Shown: positions 55,500-64,000 of the stretch, piece by piece
Layout: each line of letters opens with the position of its first letter
How positions within the stretch are numbered: the first letter of the stretch is position 1
Assembly (NCBI GenBank): GCA_951406725.2
Contig: OX597824.1
Span: forward strand, 5,828,001 to 5,892,000
DNA: 64,000 bases
Source: Octopus vulgaris
Taxonomy: Eukaryota
Reading direction: 5' to 3'
Translations under genes and position numbers: made by a program
Notes under the pieces: generated by a model
Told to the model about the DNA's origin: nothing
The model's input: only the letters and a program-made list of their open reading frames with translations
Databases searched by the model: none

Positions 55500-55690
55500 A
55501 GTTGAAATTTATAGAAGGCAACTGACGAAGACAGGTGTATAAACAACAAACAATTGTATTAGTTTAACTCTCGGGAAAATGGAAAAGTCTTTTACGTTTC
55601 GAGTTTTCGCTCTCCAAGAGAAAGGAATAAGAGAAAATAAAGAGAGAGAGAGAATAAAAAAAAATCTTGTGGATTTAGCAGTCATCGATA
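55500..55690 (-). mobile_element. Penelope-like terminal-repeat fragment, same family as 32750-32910
   Basis: Homologous to the 32.8 kb copy; minus strand has GAGAGCGAAAACTC-GAAA-CGTA-AAAG, the 3' half of a hammerhead-like motif. Confidence 0.55.
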
Positions 55691-56309
55691 GATATAAAAT
55701 ACTGTATAATATTATGGAGTTTATTTATAAACCACGAGATGATATTTCTCTCCCGGCATAAATGTCTGTTAAGCAAGTCCTTCACACGTAAATTGGCAAT
55801 AATTAGTAAGCGTATATTCGCCTTAATTAACCTCAAAATTAGACATACTACTTGATTAGGAAAATTGATGTCCAGTGCTTCAATTATTAACTGATTTCAC
55901 AGTCTTAAAATAAACACCCCCCAGGTTCAACTGAATCGATTTGTTAAACGTTTATTCGCCTCTAAATACCTTTTCCTGAAAGCTGTGAACTTCGAGAAGC
56001 AATTGACAACTTCGTATTATATATCTTTGTGTGCGTGTGTGTGTGTTGTGTGTGTATGTGTGTGTGTCTGTGTTGTGGTGGGGAGGAGTGTGTGATGATA
56101 CTATTCAGAATGAATCTCCAGCACATTTTAGGCTGACTTTGTGAGATAATTATTGGCGAAATAATTGTCCCTGTGGTCAACCACTCACACCACCATTACA
56201 TTACAAACAACATCGATTCACTCCTAGAATAGATTACGTCCATATAGCATAGAACAAAATACACTGTCGCGTCAATTGAGGGCACAAAACGGCCTAAGAT
56301 AGAGACATA

Positions 56310-56370
<61 letters not shown>

Positions 56371-56384
56371 ACACTCACATATAT

Positions 56385-56771
56385 ACTCTTTTACTCTTTT
56401 TCTTGTTTCAGTCATTTGACTTTGGCCATGCTAAAGCACCGCCTTTAATCGACACCAGGACTTATTCTTTGGAAGCCTAGTACTTATTCTATCGGTTTCT
56501 TTTGCCGAACCGCTAGACTACGGGGACGTAAACATACTAGCACCGGTTGTCAAGCGATGTTGGGAGGAAAACTGACACACAAACGTCTACACACACATAC
56601 ATATATATACATATACATATATACGACAGGCTTCTTTCAGTTTCCGTCTACTAAATCCACTCACAAAGCTTTAATCGTTCCGAGGCCATAATAGAAGACA
56701 CTTGCCCAAGGTGCCACGCGAACTATGTGGTTCGTAAGCAAGCAACTTACCACACAGCCACTCCTACACCT
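56385..56771 (-). mobile_element. SINE family A with small internal deletions
   Basis: Colinear with other family A copies; B-box region deleted. Confidence 0.9.
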
Positions 56772-57139
56772 ATGCCTATATCTATATACATATAAACAAA
56801 CACATACACGCACTTACACACACACATGCACACATCCACTATACACGTGTATATCTATATACAGATGCATATCCGCATATACATACACAAACACATACGC
56901 ATTAACACACGCATGCACCCAAATACACACATACAGACACACGCACACCCCCACCATACCCATGTATATCCATATACATACACAAACATACCCACATACA
57001 CAAACACATACACGCATTCACACATGCATATGTGTGGGGGGGGGTGCCCTTGACCGGATGTCAAAAGATGCGGCACTCACTAAGTACAAAGACAGAAACG
57101 AGTAAGAGATAATATTTATACAACTACGGAATAAGAGTG

Positions 57140-57167
57140 GGAGAAAGAGAGAGAGAAAGAGAGAGAG

Positions 57168-57199
<32 letters not shown>

Positions 57200-57216
57200 T
57201 GAGAGAGAGAGAGAGA
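57140..57216. repeat. (GA)n microsatellite
   Basis: Directly visible. Confidence 0.95.
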
Positions 57217-57704
57217 AAACCATTGAGGTTATATAACAGGTGGAGGATTCGACCACTGAACCTAGCAATGACTAGGATAATTTCAATTATGAAATTCCTG
57301 AAATATATCTGACCCTATGCACGGTACGAAATTCTCGGTTTCTTAGCGGCATGCGTATATGCGTGTATGCAAACACAACATAGCGATCATATGCACAGAC
57401 GTAGCAGACAATTTAACAAAACCTACGTGACTAAAACAATGTAACAACGTATTACATTGATCAGCAACTGAAAGAATCGAGCAAAACTTTGAAGTAGCTT
57501 CTGCCGCATTACTTTTCATTACTGTTCGAAAGTGTAATTCTAGATACAGTTTTCGGTCTTCTTTGACAAGATAACTGCTGCATAAATTCGCCAATCGCGA
57601 CGTTCGAACTCCCAGCAGTCGTGTGGTTCCTGTACTACATATACATATACATACATGCATACATGCATATATATATATAGTACACATACATATATGTATA
57701 TATA

Positions 57705-57761
<57 letters not shown>

Positions 57762-57800
57762 TATGGCCATACGATATATATCGAATGTGACTTTATAAAG

Positions 57801-57883
<83 letters not shown>

Positions 57884-57897
57884 TACGTATATGTATG

Positions 57898-57949
<52 letters not shown>

Positions 57950-57959
57950 TGATCGCTTT

Positions 57960-58335
57960 CTAGCCACTTCTGATTCTATGGCAGAGTTGCACAGCGTTTA
58001 CACTGAAAGATCTGCAAGAGGAATGGGTTAGATTGTACTGATCAGACACTCGTGTGCCAAGGCTTGTCAGTCGCAGAGAATGATCGAGTGAAACTTGACA
58101 TATCAATTCACATAGATAAGGGGCAGCAGCAAAATTTATCAGAATTCGCCCTCCAACGGAAGAGACCAGAGAATAGATCTTCTTTAACAGAGCTGTGCCT
58201 GCATACCGTGAAGACAGTAAATGAGAAAGCCGGAAGTTATTAAGAATTGGCATTTCCGGTGAACGTATTCGACGTCCTGAAGACTGCCATACTCATTGCT
58301 ATTTTCGAACTAAAAAAACAACAACTCGGGAACAC
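57960..58335 (+). mobile_element. Possible decayed R4/Dong-like LINE C-terminal fragment
   Basis: TVKTVNEKAGSY*ELAFPVNVFDVLKTAILIAIFELKK resembles the R4-clade C-terminus LGTV...L..LGI...LQKTALLGTARILRK. Confidence 0.35.
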
Positions 58336-58341
58336 AAAACC

Positions 58342-58733
58342 CTGGCAAAATACGTTGGCACGCCGGGCGAAATGCTTAGCGGTATTTTGTCCGTCGTTAC
58401 GTTCTGAGTTCAAATTCCGCCGGGGTCGACTTCGCATTTCATCCTTTCAGGGTCAATTAAATAAGTACCAGTTACGCACTGGGGTCGATGTATTCGACTT
58501 AATACCTATGTCTGTCCTTGTTTGTCCCCTCTGTGTTTAGCCCCTTGTGGGTAATAAAGAAATAGGTATTTTGTCCGTCGTTACGTTCGCCGGGGTCGAC
58601 TTTGCCTTTCATCCTTTCGGGGTTGATAAATTAAGTACTTGTTACGCACTGGGGTCGATGTAATCGACTTAATCCCTTTGTCTGTCCTTGTTTGTTCCCT
58701 CTATGCTTAGCCCCTTGTGGGCAATAAAGAAAT
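58342..58733 (+). mobile_element. SINE family B tandem dimer
   Basis: Two units joined at GAAATAGGTATTTTG; second unit lacks the B-box segment TGAGTTCAAATTC. Confidence 0.9.
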
Positions 58734-59654
58734 ATGATACGTTTGAACTGTGCGACCTTATTTGGAGTTCACATTTGGAGGCCTTACATGGAATAGTGAA
58801 TCTGAATGCTGCAGGAACAAGCTCACACAGGAGCTGCAGGGAGGAGATAAGACATGACAGGGATGACCCATAAGAATGTCAAAACCTGAGAAAATTTTGA
58901 TGATAAATGTTACGTAACATTTCAAGCAGGGTTTGTCAATTAAACCGTCTTCAGTACTTAACACAGAACTTAATTTTATCAAAAATTGGGAGAGCTAATG
59001 TCGGTCAGATCTGAATGTAGAATGTAGAAAAATCGATATAAATACTGCATGATATGCGGTTGCAGACGTTCCAATAATTCTGCAAATCCACTGCTATAAT
59101 ATAATAGTAACAATAACTGCAACAACAACAGCAACAGAAACAAAAAGGTAAACAAAAACATATATATATAAAATATGCTTAAAAACGTATTTTATTTATT
59201 TTGCTGTAGGTTAGACACTTCTTCCATTCTTCTCCTTTTTCTTATCTTGCTTATTGTAATTCTATGGCAAACGGCGCAGTTCTGCCGAATCTCTTTAATT
59301 TCGCCATACATATATAAATACTTATCCATACATGTACATACACAACCACACATGCACTTGTCTGTGTGTCTCAATAATATGCATACAACAACATGTAAAT
59401 GGCAAAATGGATACATACATAGTAATGATGTAACAGTTTAACATTTCTTTCGTTGTTATGTTTGGGTAGCAATTTCAGTGATTTCGATCGATAATATCGA
59501 TCTGCTAATACTTATATCTGTCTGGCATATATTTTTATGTGACACAACATGACACAACATAAACAATAGCGTCTGAATTTGGAACAATGAAGAGATAACA
59601 GGACTTTGACAAAGGCAGTGTGAGATATACTACTCATTTGCATATACAAGTATA

Positions 59655-59710
<56 letters not shown>

Positions 59711-60042
59711 CATACAAACATACATATATATATATATATGTGTATATATATATAATGTGTATATGTGTGTGCGTGTATGTGCGCGGGTGTGTTTGTATGT
59801 GTTTGTGTCTAAGTGTTGAGAGATGAGGAGAGAAATAAAGAGAGAGAGAGAGGGTAGAGAGAGAGGGAAAGGGAGAGTGAAGGAGAGAAGAGAGAAAAGA
59901 GAGAGGAGACGGATATAAAAGCAGACGTGATAATTTCGCGATCACAATTATAAATTGCACACTATGTGAAGTCAAAACAATTAATCCTGAAAATATCCGG
60001 ACATGAAACTCGAGGAGGAAAGACGAAAAGGTAAGACATATA

Positions 60043-60610
60043 CAGGTGTTGGACAAAGTAGTGGATATACCTTAAAATTTCAAACAAATTTATTTTAATA
60101 TGGGATAGGAGCGCCTTTGGCAGCAATTACAGTTTGAATTCTACAAGGGATGGACTCATACCAAGTTTTTGTTTATTCTTCAGCTAAAATATCTCCAGTT
60201 CTTGTAGTGATGATTGTAGAGGATATCGACTCCTTATTTGTTTTTTTTTTAAATTCACCATAAATGTTCAATAATATTGAGATCTGGAGACTGTGGTGGC
60301 CAGATAAGATGTTCAACTTTACTAGAATGTTCCTCGTGCCATTCAGTAACAAGTTTAGCTGTATTAATTGGAGCATTATCATCCTGAAAGATTGCGTTTC
60401 GCTCCGGAAATAGTTCTGCAGCCATAGGATGAATTTGATCAGATAAAATGCTTAAATAGTCTTGACTATCAATTCTGCCATGAAGGGAAACCATTGAGCC
60501 GGCGAATCTCCAACATATAGCACGCACCCCAGATCATTACACATCCTCCTCCATGTTTAACAGTTGGAAGAAGGCAGTCTGGGTCAAATGCGTCTTTTAC
60601 TGTCTACAAA
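60043..60610 (-). mobile_element. Tc1-like transposon 3' half, pseudogenised transposase with DD36E spacing
   Basis: KDAFDPDCLLPTVKHGGGCVMIWGA..IFQDDNAPINTAKLVTEWHEEHSSKVEHLIWPPQSPDLNIIEHLW..SIPCRIQTVIAAKGAPIPY*; TIR CAGGTGTTGGACAAA flanked by TA at 60041-60042. Confidence 0.9.
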
Positions 60611-60622
60611 CCTACACACCTA

Positions 60623-60760
60623 CATTTTTAGCAGCTGAGTGGACTGGAGCAACGTGAAATAAAGTGTCTTGCTCAGGGACACAACGCGTTGCTGGGAATT
60701 GAACTCACAACTTTCCGATCGTAAGCCGAATGTCCTAACCACTAAGCCATGTGCCTTCAC
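60623..60760 (-). mobile_element. tRNA-headed SINE family D (CORE-like), 5' part
   Basis: Minus strand: A box TGGCTTAGTGG, B box GAGTTCAATTCC, then TGTGTCCCTGAGCAAGACACTT CORE-like segment. Confidence 0.82.
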
Positions 60761-60843
60761 GCATACATACATATATAGGTGTGTGTCTGTGTATGTGTGT
60801 ATGTATATATATATATATGTGTGTGTATATACATATATACATA

Positions 60844-60888
<45 letters not shown>

Positions 60889-60958
60889 GAATAGAGACAG
60901 ATGCATGTATACATATTAATTAATTGATAAATGTTTATATTGACAAATAAATAATTAA

Positions 60959-61013
<55 letters not shown>

Positions 61014-61944
61014 CATGCAAGCACATGATTATATGTATATATAAATAGATATAAAAGGGAAAGTGTACATGAAGGTAAATACCGTCAATATAAAATATGT
61101 ACAAGCCTACTTGTATATTTTTCTCGTTTATAAAGACTAGTTTTTAAACGTAGCACGTTTAAAATACATAACAATCACAGGGCTTGTGCATAGAACTAAT
61201 AAAACAGATGAAGGAAAGCAGAACTATACAAATGCAATGAAAATGCTTATATGTATATTTATATATTTTACAAATTTCTAAATCTGGGCAATAAATATTT
61301 TACAAATATGCTTTGAATGTCTGAAATTATCTGCAAAAATAGAATAAAAATACATCAAATAAAAGTGAAAAGTGATACACAATATAACGTTTGATATTAA
61401 AATGAATAATTTCCATGTATAATAAAACTATGGCTATAGAACCAGAACATATTGAAATATAAAATGACTTAGACGGAAATATATACCGGTAATACGTACG
61501 TATATTCATGCGAATATGTGTTTTCTAACGATTGCAGTTTCCAATAAAATAGGTATGGTTTTCTATATCCATGTATATTGAGGTTCCCCGATAGTTCTCT
61601 TACTCTCTCAGTTATATTTCTACACTCATATCAAAATAATGTTTCAACCATTAAATTACATAAGCACTGTATTTAGCATTATATATAAGTTAACTTTCAT
61701 AATATTTGTCATAGAAAATATTATATCCAGTATATCCACATTTGTTTTTTTACAGAGTTTAATGTTAGTGATTACTACCTACAAAATCATATATATATAT
61801 ATATTATATTGACAAGGAAATAAGCCTTTGGTTCTAATCCAGAAACGATTCGTCTATAATTAATCGATAGGCTGGGATTTCGTTATTTACTTCCTTTTTT
61901 GCCATATACAGGTTACAAATTCTATTTGTTTGTGAAGATTTTTT

Positions 61945-62496
<552 letters not shown>

Positions 62497-63646
62497 TACA
62501 GTTAATAGGAGGAATCCCAAAACGTCAATCGACCCCAACAAATACACATGCACGCACGTGATCCTCTTTCGGCATTCATAAGGCTTATTACTAACTAAAT
62601 GCATAATATTTAGGTAAACTTGAAATTTATTAGAAAAGCTTCGTCATATACAAATTTATATCGATTTTTATGAGACGAACCACCATTCCACAACTCAGTG
62701 AATGAAGAGCCCGGATAACCATACTGTGAGACATATAGCATACAAAATACTAAATTTAAATTTTAATAATATATAATATCGAACAGTTATATTATTACAA
62801 TCGTATATAAGAGCGAATACTTTGAAAATCACAGCGAATACCACACAAAGAAAGATTCAAAGAAAATATTAATCTAAAATCAAATAAAGTATAAATTGAA
62901 CAGTAAAATTTAATACAATAATAGATAGAAGTAAGTACTTGTACATCAACTACACACGTTTCATGACTGGATTAGGACTATATAACATTATATAAGAAAA
63001 CCATATCCAATTTCATTAGAACGGAAAAATGATTTTGCTTCCAAAACCAGTCACTGCCAAAGTCACATTCTTAAAAAAACATAATACTAAAATTTAACTT
63101 AAATTTAGCTTAAATTATTATAAACTCTGAAGCGAAACCACATCATTTTTGAAAAGAACCCATTTACTCTCTCTGTCTATCTCTGTATACACACACACAC
63201 ACACACATACACACACATACACACACACTCACACACACACATATATATCCTTTCCCCAGCCTTTACTTTCCTTCTCTTTCTTTATTCTCCTGAAATCTCA
63301 CTCCCTCTTCCCCTGTCTATTGTCCCCCTCTTTGCTTTTCTTTCGCTATTCCCCCTTTTTCCAAAACAAAAAACAACAAAAAGAGAAACAAAAGTATTTC
63401 CTCTCTTTCAAAACAAAGCAAACAACATCCGATTCTCAATAATGAAAAAGGAAACGTTCTCTTTTTTTTTCATATTTATTTTGTCTTGAAGTGTTCTATA
63501 AACGAACGAAAGCGCAAGTAAACAATTATCCAAAATTCTGTCTGCCTCTTTTTCTCAAAATATTTATTTAATGATTTATAAAAACATGCGACATATTAAT
63601 AAAAATCTGTAAATACAGACCATCCAGATTTCTGAGTACCTTATTT

Positions 63647-63695
63647 CGAACACGGAACCATGTGGTTGGTAAGCAAGTTACTTGCCACACAGCCA
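63647..63695 (-). mobile_element. SINE family A head fragment
   Basis: GGAACCATGTGGTTGGTAAGCAAG.TACTT.CCACACAGCCA. Confidence 0.85.
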
Positions 63696-63872
63696 AATAC
63701 AACACTCCGACATACGTATATGTGTCGTTTAATGCTCGAAATGAGGAGTAGATGGACTGCTGACAAGTGATGAAGTGTCGTTCTTTATGATACTTGTTCT
63801 GTTTTCCATTTGTTTCTCTCGTTGTTTGCATATTGAACTCGTTAATTTTCGTATTTGATGTTGTTTACTGTT

Positions 63873-63930
63873 GTATGTATGTATGTATGTATGTATGTAT
63901 GTATGTATGTATGTATGTATGTATGTATAT
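63873..63930. repeat. (TATG)n microsatellite
   Basis: Directly visible. Confidence 0.96.
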
Positions 63931-64000
63931 ATGCATATATATATGTTACTTATATGTATATGTGTATATGTATATGCATATATATTACTTATATTATTAT

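Overview
AT-rich, repeat-saturated eukaryotic non-coding DNA. It is most consistent with an octopus (coleoid cephalopod) intron or intergenic region; this is inferred from the SINE families and microsatellite load. No intact protein-coding gene can be supported, and most long ORFs in the track are microsatellite artefacts. The window holds over 25 copies or fragments of four tRNA-headed SINE families and three Tc1/mariner relics (mariner-like, DD37D/maT-like, and a Tc1-like one with DD36E spacing). It also holds a Gypsy-type LTR-end/gag relic, 3' ends of CR1-type and RLE (R4/NeSL-like) LINEs, a complete non-autonomous Helitron, two TIR/fold-back elements and many (TA)n, (CA)n, (TATG)n, (ATT)n and (CAT)n tracts. 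The most interesting signal is a set of short microsatellite-embedded elements resembling Penelope-like element termini, which carry minimal type-I hammerhead-ribozyme architecture and are often duplicated into long palindromes. One motif (53487-53537) has all stems intact and a compensatory G3:C8 core swap (GUGAACA). The family B SINE shows tandem dimers, an apparent GGTA target bias, nested antisense insertion and a permuted copy. All assignments come from reading the sequence by eye; no searches were run.
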